Below, piece by piece: positions 34,230 to 43,295 of a DNA stretch of 64,000 bases. Each line of letters begins with the position of its first letter. Positions within the stretch are counted from its first letter, which is position 1. Location: the NCBI GenBank assembly GCA_035507275.1, contig DATJOG010000005.1, positions 37,854 through 101,853 of the forward strand, read 5' to 3'. The notes beneath the pieces were generated by a model that saw nothing but the letters and a program-made list of their open reading frames with translations, searched no databases and was not told where the DNA came from. Source of the stretch: Candidatus Acidiferrales bacterium (GTDB lineage Bacteria; Vulcanimicrobiota; Vulcanimicrobiia; Vulcanimicrobiales; Vulcanimicrobiaceae). The position numbers were made by a program, and so were the translations under genes.

Positions 34230-34717
34230 CGCAGAGCGCGGAGGCTGATGGTGACTTTGCCGTCGCCGGCGTCACTGCCGCCCGCAGCGGATTCGGCCTT
34301 CGGCCGGTCCGCGGCAGGCATGGCGCCGTAATCGGGAACCGAGCCGTTCGCGACTTTGGTGCGATAATCGTCGATTGCGATCTTCAACGCCTCGAGCGCG
34401 CGCTCGGGGTAATCTTTTTTCTTCTCCGGATAGCCGGAGAGTTGCGCTTCGACCTCGCCGGTCGTGATCGCGAGTGCTTCCTCGACGGTCTTGCCCTTTG
34501 CGAGCTCGACCACCAAGCTGCACGTGGCCGTGCCGAAACCGCAGCCGGTCGTGAAGTACGAGATGTCCTCGATGACCGCGCCCGGGCCGACCTTCAGGAA
34601 GAAATTGTACATATCGCCGCACGAGTCGCTGAAATACTCGCCGCTTGCCGTCGGCGATTCCATCGTTTGGAATCCCGGGCGGGCTTCTACGAGACGCTGA
34701 AACTTCGCAAAATCCAC
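34226..34717 (-). CDS. IscU/NifU-N-like Fe-S scaffold-type protein with C-terminal extension
   Basis: Trimmed to the GTG at 34717, 6 nt after the SufR-like stop. It has [14 protein letters not shown] and [13 protein letters not shown]. The usual third Cys (..HCS..) position reads [10 protein letters not shown]. Confidence 0.6.
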   Translation of the reverse strand: MDFAKFQRLVEARPGFQTMESPTASGEYFSDSCGDMYNFFLKVGPGAVIEDISYFTTGCGFGTATCSLVVELAKGKTVEEALAITTGEVEAQLSGYPEKKKDYPERALEALKIAIDDYRTKVANGSVPDYGAMPAADRPKAESAAGGSDAGDGKVTISLRALR

Positions 34718-34722
34718 GGTAA

Positions 34723-35379
34723 CTAACTGACCCCTTTGAGCGCAAACGTGCAACTTTTTCCGCCGGTCGCGAGCGACTCGATCTGTTCGTGCTCGCCGCC
34801 GATCGTCTCGTCGATGACATGGTGGATCACCGAACAGACTTCGGGATGCTCTTTGACGACGCCCGAGTACGGACAGGTGTGTTCTTGCAGCAAGAACCCG
34901 CCGTCGATCAAACTGTATTCGGCGACCACCCCGCGATCGCGTAAGAGCTGCGTGAGCTGTGCGACTTTCCCTTCGGGATCCGTCGCGGTCACGCGTTCCT
35001 TCGTTCGCTCGACCGAGCGCCGCGCGATGCTATCGAAGATCTGCCCGACCGCCGGCGACCCAAACTGCTCCTTGACCTCGCGTAGCACCGCCGAAAGCAT
35101 CTTGTCGTAATGCTGCGGGAAGAGCGTATCGGCTTTCGCGGTCAGCGAAAACTCGAGGGTCGGCTTGGTCGGGCCGCGACGGACCGCGTGCTCCTCGACC
35201 AGACCGTCGCGTTCGAGCACGACGAGCTGCTGGCGTACCGCGTTGGGCGAGAGCCCGAAAAGCGCAGCAAGGTCGGCGGCCGAGGCGCCGCCTCGTTCGC
35301 GCAGCTCGGCAACGATCTTGCCGCGAGTGGTCTGGAAAAAACGGTCGACCTGCATGGCGTTCGAACGGTATCCTACCAC
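34723..35379 (-). CDS. wHTH transcriptional regulator with C-terminal Cys-x12-Cys-x27-Cys (SufR-like)
   Basis: 218 aa with an ArsR/DeoR-type wHTH (ASAADLAALFGLSPNAVRQQLVVLERDGLV) and the C-terminal segment HTCPYSGVVKEHPEVC...GGKSC. It is divergent from sufC. An alternative start is the ATG at 35355. Confidence 0.6.
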   Translation of the reverse strand: MVGYRSNAMQVDRFFQTTRGKIVAELRERGGASAADLAALFGLSPNAVRQQLVVLERDGLVEEHAVRRGPTKPTLEFSLTAKADTLFPQHYDKMLSAVLREVKEQFGSPAVGQIFDSIARRSVERTKERVTATDPEGKVAQLTQLLRDRGVVAEYSLIDGGFLLQEHTCPYSGVVKEHPEVCSVIHHVIDETIGGEHEQIESLATGGKSCTFALKGVS

Positions 35380-35407
35380 GGAATGGCCCAGATAGTAAAG
35401 TAAATCC

Positions 35408-35436
35408 TTGACTTTCTAAGGCGCCCCGCGTACGCT
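35408..35436 (+). promoter_or_regulatory. candidate sigma70-type promoter of the suf operon
   Basis: TTGACT (35408-13), a 17-nt spacer and TACGCT (35431-36) sit in the only conspicuously A/T-rich stretch of this region. GGAGGAAG lies 3 nt before the sufC ATG. Confidence 0.35.
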
Positions 35437-35466
35437 ACACAAGCAATATTTTTTACCGGAGGAAGC

Positions 35467-36237
35467 ATGTCCGAACCAGGGCTCCGCATCGCGGGTCTGC
35501 GCTGCAGCGTCGAGGGAAACGAGATTCTCAAGGGGATCGATCTGACGGTCGAGCCGGGCAAGGTCCACGCGCTGATGGGCCCCAACGGCAGCGGCAAATC
35601 GACGCTGGCGTTCTCGCTCACCGGTCACCCCCAGTACGAGGTCACCTCCGGGACGGCCACGCTCGACGGCGAGGATCTGCTCGCGCTCACGCCCGACAAG
35701 CGAGCGCGTGCCGGACTCTTTCTCTCGTTCCAATATCCCGCCGCGATCCCGGGCGTCAAAGTGCCGAACTTCCTCTTCGCTGCGCGCCAGGCCGTGCGTC
35801 CCGGTGAGCTGACGCCGGCAAAATTCCGCGCGCTCTTGCTCGAGAAGATGGACGTGCTGGGCATGGACCCGTCGTTCTTGGGCCGCTATCTCAACGACGG
35901 TTTCTCCGGCGGCGAAAAGAAGCGGCTGGAAATGCTGCAGCTGGCGGTGCTCGCGCCGAAGTACGCGGTTCTCGACGAGACCGACTCGGGGCTCGACGTC
36001 GACGCGCTCAAAGACGTCGGCGATACCGTGAGAGCGCTGCGCGAGAGCGAGGCGGGCAAGACGGCGGGTTTTCTGATCATCACGCACTACCCGCGCATTC
36101 TGCAGCACATTCCGCCCGACGTCGTGCATGTCATGATCGACGGCCGCATCGTAAAAACCGGCGGGCCGGATCTTGCGCAGCGTATCGAACGCGAAGGCTA
36201 CGACGTGCTTCGCGAGGAGAGCAGCACGCTTGCCTGA
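35467..36237 (+). CDS. sufC: Fe-S cluster assembly ATPase SufC
   Basis: 256 aa with Walker A GPNGSGKST, the signature FSGGEKKR and Walker B AVLDETDSGLD. Confidence 0.9.
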   Translation: MSEPGLRIAGLRCSVEGNEILKGIDLTVEPGKVHALMGPNGSGKSTLAFSLTGHPQYEVTSGTATLDGEDLLALTPDKRARAGLFLSFQYPAAIPGVKVPNFLFAARQAVRPGELTPAKFRALLLEKMDVLGMDPSFLGRYLNDGFSGGEKKRLEMLQLAVLAPKYAVLDETDSGLDVDALKDVGDTVRALRESEAGKTAGFLIITHYPRILQHIPPDVVHVMIDGRIVKTGGPDLAQRIEREGYDVLREESSTLA

Positions 36238-37387
36238 CCTTCTCTCGCCGCACGAGCGTAAGGCGGAGCTCGAGGCATTCGCAACCACACGCAGCGGGCG
36301 CGAAAAGCCCGGCCGCTACTGGAAGATCGATCTCGATTCGCTGCCCGCTGACGCGGAAGGTTTCCGCTCGTGGGTCAACGGGCTCACGATCGAATCGAAG
36401 CATCCGCGCGTCATCGCCTGTGCGCTGGGCCAAGCCAAAGCGGAGCACGGCGATCTGCTGGCGCGCGCGTACCGCAAAGCGATCGAACCGGAGCAGAAGT
36501 TCAGCCACCTCACGCTCGCGCATGCGGCCTTTGGGGCCTTCATTTACGTACCGGCCGATTGCAGCGTCGACGACCCGATCGTGGTCCAATACACGACCCG
36601 GAGCCGGATGTACCCGCACACGGTCGTGCTCGCCGAACGCGGCGCTCGCGTAACGGTGATCGAACGCGTTCTCGTGAAGGTGGACGAGTTCAATCCGCCT
36701 CTCGATAAAGGCATCTACGTGTGCGGTGTTGCGGAGATCGTGACGGGCGAAGGCGCCGACGTTACCTACGCTAGCGCTCAACTCTTACCCGACGACTCGA
36801 CGATCCTCTTCACCCGTGCCGCAAGGCCCGGCAAAGATGCGCGCGTGAGGTGGGCGAGCGCCGAGCTCGGCGCAGCGCTTTCCGTCACGGATCTTTCCGT
36901 TACGCTGGCGCAGCCGGGCGCCGATGCACAGATCGCAACGCTCTTCTTTCCAACCGGGACGCAGCACGTCGACATCGCGAGCAGCGTCGACCACCAAGTC
37001 GGAAGCGCGACCTCGGATACGCTCGTGAAAAGCGCGGCCGCAGGGCGCGGGCAAGGCCGCTACTTCGGCAATATCCGTATCGCCGCCGATGCGCAGCACA
37101 GCGATGCCTCGTTGCGCGACGACGCTCTGCTGCTCTCCGAAACGGCGCACATCGATTCGGTTCCGGCTCTCGAGATCGCTGCGAACGACGTCAAAGCCTA
37201 TCACGGCGCGACCGTCGGGGCGCTCGATGCGGAGAGCATCTTTTACATGACCAGCCGCGGCATCGATCGCACGCAAGCAGAACGCATGATCGCGCTCGGC
37301 TTCTTCGAGCCGGCGATCGACCGCTTCCCGACGGAAGCACTGCGCGACGAACTGCGCGACGCTCTACAGGCGAAGATCGCACCATGA
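36230..37387 (+). CDS. SufB/SufD-family Fe-S assembly protein (short, SufD-like)
   Basis: Trimmed to the TTG at 36230, overlapping sufC by 8 nt. It has a beta-helix core and the C-terminal FYMTSRGIDRTQAERMIALGFF. It is the only SufB/D-family gene in the operon. Confidence 0.7.
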   Translation: MPDLLSPHERKAELEAFATTRSGREKPGRYWKIDLDSLPADAEGFRSWVNGLTIESKHPRVIACALGQAKAEHGDLLARAYRKAIEPEQKFSHLTLAHAAFGAFIYVPADCSVDDPIVVQYTTRSRMYPHTVVLAERGARVTVIERVLVKVDEFNPPLDKGIYVCGVAEIVTGEGADVTYASAQLLPDDSTILFTRAARPGKDARVRWASAELGAALSVTDLSVTLAQPGADAQIATLFFPTGTQHVDIASSVDHQVGSATSDTLVKSAAAGRGQGRYFGNIRIAADAQHSDASLRDDALLLSETAHIDSVPALEIAANDVKAYHGATVGALDAESIFYMTSRGIDRTQAERMIALGFFEPAIDRFPTEALRDELRDALQAKIAP

Positions 37388-38622
37388 TCGCGGTACGTAC
37401 TCCGGAAGCCATCGCGGCGGATTTCCCGATTTTGCACAAGCCGACGTCGCGCGGGAAGCGATTGGTCTATCTCGACTCGGCCGCGACCTCGCAGAAGCCG
37501 CAGGCCGTCATCGACGCACTCGTAACCTACTACACGGAGTACAACGCCAACATTCATCGCGGCGTCTACGAAATCGCCGCGCGCGCAACCGAAGCATTCG
37601 AAGACGCACGCGCAAAAATCGCGCGTTTCATCAATGCCGACACGCGCGAGGTGATTTGGACGCGCAACGCCACCGAGGCGATCAATCTCGTGGGCTACAG
37701 CTGGGGTCTACGCAACGTCAAACCGGGCGACGCGATCCTGACCACGCAGCTCGAACACCACTCGAATCTCGTGCCGTGGCAGCTGCTCGCCGAAAAGACG
37801 GGCGCGACGCTGCGCTTCATCCCGGCCGACGATCGCGGCGTACTCCAGCTCGAGAAGCTCGATGCGCTGCTCGACGGAGCAAAGCTGCTCGCGATCTCGC
37901 ACGTGAGCAACACGCTCGGCACGATCGCGCCGCTCGAGCGCATCGTTCCCATTGCCCGTCGAGCCGGAGCGACGATTCTGGTCGACGGTGCACAGGGCAT
38001 TCCCCACTTGCCGGTCGACGTGCGCGCGCTCGACGTCGATTTCTATGCGTTCAGCGGGCACAAGATGCTCGGCCCGACCGGTATCGGCGTGCTCTACGGC
38101 AAGCGCGCGCTTCTCGAGGCGATGCCGCCGTTTCTCGCCGGCGGCGACATGATCCGTAAGGTCGAGTACGAGCACACCACCTTCAACGATCTGCCGTGGA
38201 AGTTCGAGGCCGGCACGAGCAACATCGCCGACGCGATCGGGCTCGGCGTCGCGGCCGATTATCTCCACGACCTCGGTATGGAGTGGGTGCGCGCCCACGA
38301 GCAAGAGTTGCTCGCTTACGCGCTGGCGCGCCTGGCCCCGCTCGAGTCACGCGGCTTGGCGATATACGGTCCCCGCGACGCGGCGCTCGCGTCGGGCGTG
38401 CTCTCGTTCAATTTTGCCGACGTGCACGCACACGACCTCGCCTCGATCCTCGACACGGAGGGCATCTGCGTACGTGCGGGCCATCACTGCACCATGCCGT
38501 TGATGGAAAAGATGGGCTGGCCGGCAACCGCGCGCGCCTCGTTCTACATCTATAATTCACGCGCCGACATAGATGCGCTCGCCGAGGGCATCGAAAAGGC
38601 GGCGCGCGTTTTTAAAGTGTGA
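37384..38622 (+). CDS. sufS: cysteine desulfurase SufS
   Basis: The start forms an ATGA overlap. It has YLDSAATSQKP, the PLP lysine in FSGHKMLGPTGIG and the catalytic Cys in RAGHHC. Confidence 0.9.
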   Translation: MIAVRTPEAIAADFPILHKPTSRGKRLVYLDSAATSQKPQAVIDALVTYYTEYNANIHRGVYEIAARATEAFEDARAKIARFINADTREVIWTRNATEAINLVGYSWGLRNVKPGDAILTTQLEHHSNLVPWQLLAEKTGATLRFIPADDRGVLQLEKLDALLDGAKLLAISHVSNTLGTIAPLERIVPIARRAGATILVDGAQGIPHLPVDVRALDVDFYAFSGHKMLGPTGIGVLYGKRALLEAMPPFLAGGDMIRKVEYEHTTFNDLPWKFEAGTSNIADAIGLGVAADYLHDLGMEWVRAHEQELLAYALARLAPLESRGLAIYGPRDAALASGVLSFNFADVHAHDLASILDTEGICVRAGHHCTMPLMEKMGWPATARASFYIYNSRADIDALAEGIEKAARVFKV

Positions 38623-39014
38623 GCATGGACGATTTCTATCGGGATTTTATCCTCGACCACTATCGCAACCCGCGCAATTTCGGGCACCTCGAACACCCCT
38701 CGGCCTCGGCCGAGGATCTCAATCCGCTCTGCGGCGACACGATCCGCATGGAGCTCGAAATCCATGACGGCGTCGTACGCGACGTCCGGTTCTCGGGACG
38801 CGGCTGCGCGATCAGCCAGGCCTCGGCCTCGATCTTGACCGAGGAGCTCAAAGGCATGCGTCTCGAGGACGTGGCCAAGCTCTCGAAGGATATCGTGCTC
38901 GAGAACGTCGGCATCGGCATCAGCCCGACGCGCATGAAATGCGCGACGCTCGGTCTGCGCGTCGCTAAGAGTGCCGCCATCGGCGAAATCGCCGGCTGGC
39001 CGGACGAAGAGTAG
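38619..39014 (+). CDS. sufU: SUF-type Fe-S scaffold/sulfur acceptor SufU
   Basis: 131 aa with NPLCGD, GRGCAIS and RMKCATL. The GTG start forms a GTGA overlap; ATG at 38625 is the alternative. Confidence 0.85.
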   Translation: MSMDDFYRDFILDHYRNPRNFGHLEHPSASAEDLNPLCGDTIRMELEIHDGVVRDVRFSGRGCAISQASASILTEELKGMRLEDVAKLSKDIVLENVGIGISPTRMKCATLGLRVAKSAAIGEIAGWPDEE

Positions 39015-39044
39015 ACCTTCGGGCGGGCATCGAATGCCCGGCCG

Positions 39045-39374
39045 ATGCAGCATCACCATTTTACGCCCGGCGAATGGGAGGCGCTTGCAAACGATCCCGA
39101 ATTCGTCGCGCTGCTGCGAGCCCGGCGGCGGTTCATCATCCCGCTGACGATTTTCTTTTTGCTCTTCTATCTCGCGCTGCCGGCCGGAATCGCGCTGGCG
39201 CCCGGCGTGATGAATCGCGCGGTTTTTGAATCCTTGAGCGTCGCGAACCTCTTCGGGTTCGCGCAAATCATCGTGGCGTGGGGACTGCTCGCTCTCTACA
39301 TGCGCGAAGCCCGCTCGTTCGACAAACGCGCGCAGGCTTTGGTCGAGCGCGCCGCCGCGGAGTTCGCCAAGTGA
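39045..39374 (+). CDS. DUF485 (YjcH-like) small membrane protein
   Basis: 109 aa with two TM segments and FVALLRARRRFIIPLTIFFLLFY. It occupies the typical position directly upstream of actP. Confidence 0.75.
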   Translation: MQHHHFTPGEWEALANDPEFVALLRARRRFIIPLTIFFLLFYLALPAGIALAPGVMNRAVFESLSVANLFGFAQIIVAWGLLALYMREARSFDKRAQALVERAAAEFAK

Positions 39375-40996
39375 CGCAAGCCACACTGGTCATGTTCGCG
39401 GTCTTCGTCGCGATGGCGCTCGTCATTACGTATTGGGCGTCGGGACGCAGTGCGTCGCGGCGCGGATTCTACACCGCGCACCGCGAGATCACCGGGATCC
39501 AGACCGGATGGGCGATTGCCGGAGATTACATGTCGGCGACGTCGTTTTTGGGTATCACCGGTCTGATCGCGTTCTACGGTTACGACGGCTTCATGTACGC
39601 GATCGGATGGCTCGTCGCATATCTCACCGTGCTCTTCTTGCTGGCGGAGCCGCTGCGCAACACCGGGCGCTACACCGTTGCCGACGTCATCGCATTTCGT
39701 CTGCGCGGCCGCGGCGTACGCGCGATCGCGGCCTGCACCACCCTGATCATCACGCTCTTCTATATGGTCGCTCAGATGGTCGGAGCGGGATCGCTCATCA
39801 ATCTTCTGATTCAACGTATCAGCGAGACCTACGCGATCATCGTCGTCGGCCTCCTGATGGTGATCTACGTGCTCTTCGGCGGGATGCTCGCGACGACGTG
39901 GGTGCAGATCATCAAGGCCGGGCTGCTCCTCGCCTCGTCGATCGTGTTGAGCGTTGCAGTGCTCGCGCATTTTCACTTCTCACTCTTTGCGCTGCGCGAC
40001 GCCGCCATGGCGGCACCGGCCGGCGGGCACACGATCGACCTGCTGAAAACGGGATTGCTCTTCTCGGGCCGGTTCGGCGGCATCGAAGTCTTCTCGCTCT
40101 CCCTCGCGCTCGTGCTTGGGACGGCCGGCCTGCCGCACATCCTGATGCGGTTTTTCACTGTGCCGACCGCAAACGCCGCGCGCATATCCGTTGGCTGGGC
40201 GATGGCGTTGATCGGTGTCTTCTACTTCTTGACGACGATCATGGGGCTGGGCGCCGGGACGATCGTCGGTCAGCACGACATCGGCAAACATCTGCGCGAC
40301 ACGCAGGCCATTCGCTATATCGTGCGTCACCCCGAGGACGCCGCGCGCCTCAATCCCGAGCTTGCGCGCAACGGGTACATCGTTCCGCAGAAAAACACCA
40401 ACCTGGCGGCGCCGCTCTTGGCCGACAGCGTCGGCGGACCGCTTCTCACGGCCTTCGTCGCCGCCGCCGCTTTCGCGACGATTCTCGCGGTTGTCGCAGG
40501 ACTGACCATTGCCGCCGCGTCGGCGTTCGCGCACGACATCTGGTACAGCTTGATCCGCACCGAAGAGGGCAGCGACCGGGAACATATCTTCGTCGCGCGC
40601 GGAACGGCGATCGTCATCGGCTTCATCGCGATCGCGTGCTCCGTCGGCCTGCGCACCGTCAACGTCGCGTTTCTGGTCGGGCTCGCGTTCTCGGTGGCGG
40701 CGAGCACCAACGCGCCCGCGCTCATCCTGGCGCTGACGTGGCGGCGCTTTTCACGCACGGGAGCCATTTGCGGCATGCTCGCGGGTCTGATCTCCTCGCT
40801 CGCCCTCATCGCGGCGAGCCCCGACGTGATGGGCGAGCGCGCGATCTTTCCGCTGCACAACCCCGGCATCGTTTCGATTCCGCTCGGTTTCCTGGCCGCG
40901 TTCGTCGGAACGCTGCTCGCGCGCGATCCCGAATCGGAAGCAGTGTTCAACCAGCTCCAGGTGCGGGCGAATACGGGAATAGGCGCTGAAGTCTAA
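39371..40996 (+). CDS. actP: cation/acetate symporter (SSS family)
   Basis: Trimmed to the GTG at 39371 (GTGA overlap). It has WAIAGDYMSATSFLGITGLIAFYGYDG, which is typical of ActP. Confidence 0.85.
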   Translation: MTQATLVMFAVFVAMALVITYWASGRSASRRGFYTAHREITGIQTGWAIAGDYMSATSFLGITGLIAFYGYDGFMYAIGWLVAYLTVLFLLAEPLRNTGRYTVADVIAFRLRGRGVRAIAACTTLIITLFYMVAQMVGAGSLINLLIQRISETYAIIVVGLLMVIYVLFGGMLATTWVQIIKAGLLLASSIVLSVAVLAHFHFSLFALRDAAMAAPAGGHTIDLLKTGLLFSGRFGGIEVFSLSLALVLGTAGLPHILMRFFTVPTANAARISVGWAMALIGVFYFLTTIMGLGAGTIVGQHDIGKHLRDTQAIRYIVRHPEDAARLNPELARNGYIVPQKNTNLAAPLLADSVGGPLLTAFVAAAAFATILAVVAGLTIAAASAFAHDIWYSLIRTEEGSDREHIFVARGTAIVIGFIAIACSVGLRTVNVAFLVGLAFSVAASTNAPALILALTWRRFSRTGAICGMLAGLISSLALIAASPDVMGERAIFPLHNPGIVSIPLGFLAAFVGTLLARDPESEAVFNQLQVRANTGIGAEV

Positions 40997-40999
40997 GCG

Positions 41000-41779
41000 C
41001 TAGAGATGCGTCGCCGCGTGTTCGGTGATCTGCATCCCGTAGGTGCCCATGCGCAGCGTGAAGCTCGCGAGGTAGGTGCCCTTTGACGTTACGATCTGTG
41101 CGGTAACGCCGAAGCTTCCGTCCGGATTGCGGCTCGCGCGCAGATCGCTGAGGCTGACGGTGACATTCGGATTGATGAACGTCTCGGTCGGCAGCCCGCT
41201 CGCGAGATAGCCGGCCGCGGTTGCGGAGTCGCCGCGTGCCAGCGCGGCAACATAGGCCCGCACGATCGAAGCCGCATGATCGCTGCTATTCGCGCCGGTG
41301 ATGAGCACCGGCGTCGCCGTCGCGGCGGCGGGAGCAAAGCTAGGCGGCGCGGAGGGCGCAGCACTGGCGGCCGTAACGCGCGGCGCCGGTGTGGGCGTCA
41401 AGATGATGATCGGCGGGGTCTTGCGCGCCGCCGGCGTCAGGCTCGGTGCGGCGCTGGGTGTCACACTCGGCGACGAGAGCGGCGACGCCGCCGGCGATGC
41501 GTGCTTCTCGTGCTTCGGCGTCTCCTTCGCGTGGGGCGACTTCGTCGCCGCTGGCAGCGGCGTTTGTGCCGCGGTAAAGGTCGCGGTCGCTTCGGGCAAA
41601 GGGGTAAAGCTCGGCAGCGGCGTCGGCGCCTGCACTGCATTCACGCCAAAAATCTTGGTCAGCAAACCGCCGAGCAGCAGTCCGCCGAGGATGACGAGCA
41701 CGACGAGCGGGACGATCGGAAGGCCGCCGCGCTTGGGCGGTTCGGGCTCGAGCCGGCGGCGGCGCGGATAATCGCTCAA
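41000..41779 (-). CDS. single-pass membrane protein with long Pro/Ala/Thr/Ser linker and small C-terminal domain
   Basis: 259 aa with a basic N-terminus, one TM (LPIVPLVVLVILGGLLLGGLL), a ~120-aa low-complexity linker and a ~90-aa globular end. Confidence 0.55.
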   Translation of the reverse strand: MSDYPRRRRLEPEPPKRGGLPIVPLVVLVILGGLLLGGLLTKIFGVNAVQAPTPLPSFTPLPEATATFTAAQTPLPAATKSPHAKETPKHEKHASPAASPLSSPSVTPSAAPSLTPAARKTPPIIILTPTPAPRVTAASAAPSAPPSFAPAAATATPVLITGANSSDHAASIVRAYVAALARGDSATAAGYLASGLPTETFINPNVTVSLSDLRASRNPDGSFGVTAQIVTSKGTYLASFTLRMGTYGMQITEHAATHL

Positions 41780-41782
41780 TGG

Positions 41783-42169
41783 TTACAATGCGCCCGCGAT
41801 GCCGTCGACGAGTTGCGCCGGTAACTGCTCGAGATGCGTGGTGTGCTCCTGCGCGTAGTGCGCCATCGCTTCCTTGAGAAGGCCCGGGTTCGCGCGCGCA
41901 TACTCGACGAGTGCGCTCACCGCTTGCGCGTCCGCGCCCGCGAGGCGATCGAGCGAAGCGTTCGCACCCTCGGCAGCGTCTTCCGACGATTCGCCTCGAT
42001 CGCGGAACGCATCGAAGATCGACGCGACGAGCGCGCTGCGCGCGTCGTGCGGCATCGTCGGCATGCCGCTGCGAAGGAGATCGGCCAATGCGGCATCGTC
42101 CATGCGCGCGACGTGCTTTTCGACCGCGTCGACCAGTGTCTGCGCCGGTACGTTCCCAAAGGGAGGCAT
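41783..42169 (-). CDS. small helical hypothetical protein
   Basis: The last 128 codons of track ORF 41783..43051, from the ATG at 42169. Composition becomes protein-like only from here. It lies 3 nt upstream of the next gene. Confidence 0.45.
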   Translation of the reverse strand: MPPFGNVPAQTLVDAVEKHVARMDDAALADLLRSGMPTMPHDARSALVASIFDAFRDRGESSEDAAEGANASLDRLAGADAQAVSALVEYARANPGLLKEAMAHYAQEHTTHLEQLPAQLVDGIAGAL

Positions 42170-42230
42170 CGGATAGTACGGTACTCCCTCGTGGCAGGCG
42201 GCTCCTCGAAGATGCGCCAAAAGATACGCT

Positions 42231-42551
42231 GTGATTCGCGTGCGCGTCCCGCTCGATCTCCACGCCGTCCGCGCTGCCGGCTCGGCGGTGTTTGCGCTCG
42301 CGACGCCGCTGCGCGTGCGCGAGCTCCTCGCGCTGGCGGTACGCGAAGCGATCGGCGAACGCGCGCCGCACGACAAATTCCAGCGCAGCATGGTCCGCAC
42401 GCTCGCGGGTCTGGCGGCGGGCGATTTCACCGTCGACATCGACGGCCGCCACTTCAACGACGGCGAAGCCGTCGTGATGTGCGAGAGCTCGGTCTGCGTG
42501 CGCTTCTTCCTCAACCGCAGTCGCCGCGCAGGCCTCGAGCTGCGGCCGTAG
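42231..42551 (+). CDS. small hypothetical protein
   Basis: 106 aa with a GTG start and plausible composition (DKFQRSMVRTL..DFTVDIDGRHFNDGEAVVMCE). It is divergent from the 41783..42169 gene. Confidence 0.4.
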   Translation: MIRVRVPLDLHAVRAAGSAVFALATPLRVRELLALAVREAIGERAPHDKFQRSMVRTLAGLAAGDFTVDIDGRHFNDGEAVVMCESSVCVRFFLNRSRRAGLELRP

Positions 42552-42625
42552 ATCCCTCGCCCGCGCCGCACGCCTCGTTCTTCGTCCTCACCGGACGCAC
42601 GCTGCGTTCGCTCGGACGTCACGCG

Positions 42626-43270
42626 GTGCTCTATGTCCTGAGCGCCGCGATCGTGATCGCCGCGCAAGCTGCGGTGGTCTTCATGTGGCACAATAGCGCG
42701 GCGCTGATCGTCGCGAGCGTGGTGACCGAGCCGTTCTTCGTCGCGGTCGTCACGGCGTTCACCTATGCCGACGTCCGCGGCGACTTCTCGACCGGCACGA
42801 CCTGGCTTCGCGTGCTCGAACGTGCGTGGGCCGTCGTCCTCATCGGCCTGTTCGTCGACCTGATCGCGGTGCTCGGGCTCGAATCGATCGTCACAGCCGA
42901 CCTCTTGCAGAAAATCCTCGGCGCGGCGGTGATCGTCGTCGCCGTTTCGCTCATCTTCGCCGACGTGCACGCGACCGTCGTCGACGACGCCGAGCCGTGG
43001 TGGCTCCTCGTGCCGCGTTCGTTCGGCGCCAGCATGGCGGTCGCGTGGCAAGGCGCGACCTTCGCGCGCGCGATCGTCCTGTTCGTACTCTCGGAGCTGC
43101 TGCCGTCATTGGTCGCCGGGCTCGTGCAGAACGCACTCGATGCGCGCCACGTCCCGCAAGCTGCGCTCTGGTCGAACGCGATCGCAGTCGTGCTTCTCTT
43201 GCCGTTTGTGCAAGCGCTCTGCACGATGGTCTATCTCGACGCCGCCGGTTATGAATCGAAGCGCTCTTGA
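42626..43270 (+). CDS. multi-pass membrane protein, function unknown
   Basis: This is the hydrophobic C-terminal part of track ORF 41834..43270. The start is uncertain: GTG at 42626, CTG at 42602, or the later ATG of MWHNS. Confidence 0.45.
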   Translation: MLYVLSAAIVIAAQAAVVFMWHNSAALIVASVVTEPFFVAVVTAFTYADVRGDFSTGTTWLRVLERAWAVVLIGLFVDLIAVLGLESIVTADLLQKILGAAVIVVAVSLIFADVHATVVDDAEPWWLLVPRSFGASMAVAWQGATFARAIVLFVLSELLPSLVAGLVQNALDARHVPQAALWSNAIAVVLLLPFVQALCTMVYLDAAGYESKRS

Positions 43271-43295
43271 TGCCGATGGTACTGTAAAGATAAGA

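Noticed and set aside
42231-42626. A single long gene 41834..43270(+) of 478 aa.
   Set aside because: Its first ~260 codons are antisense to the 41783..42169 gene and Arg-rich. Only the hydrophobic C-terminal part looks real, and a separate 106-aa ORF in another frame fits 42231..42551 better.
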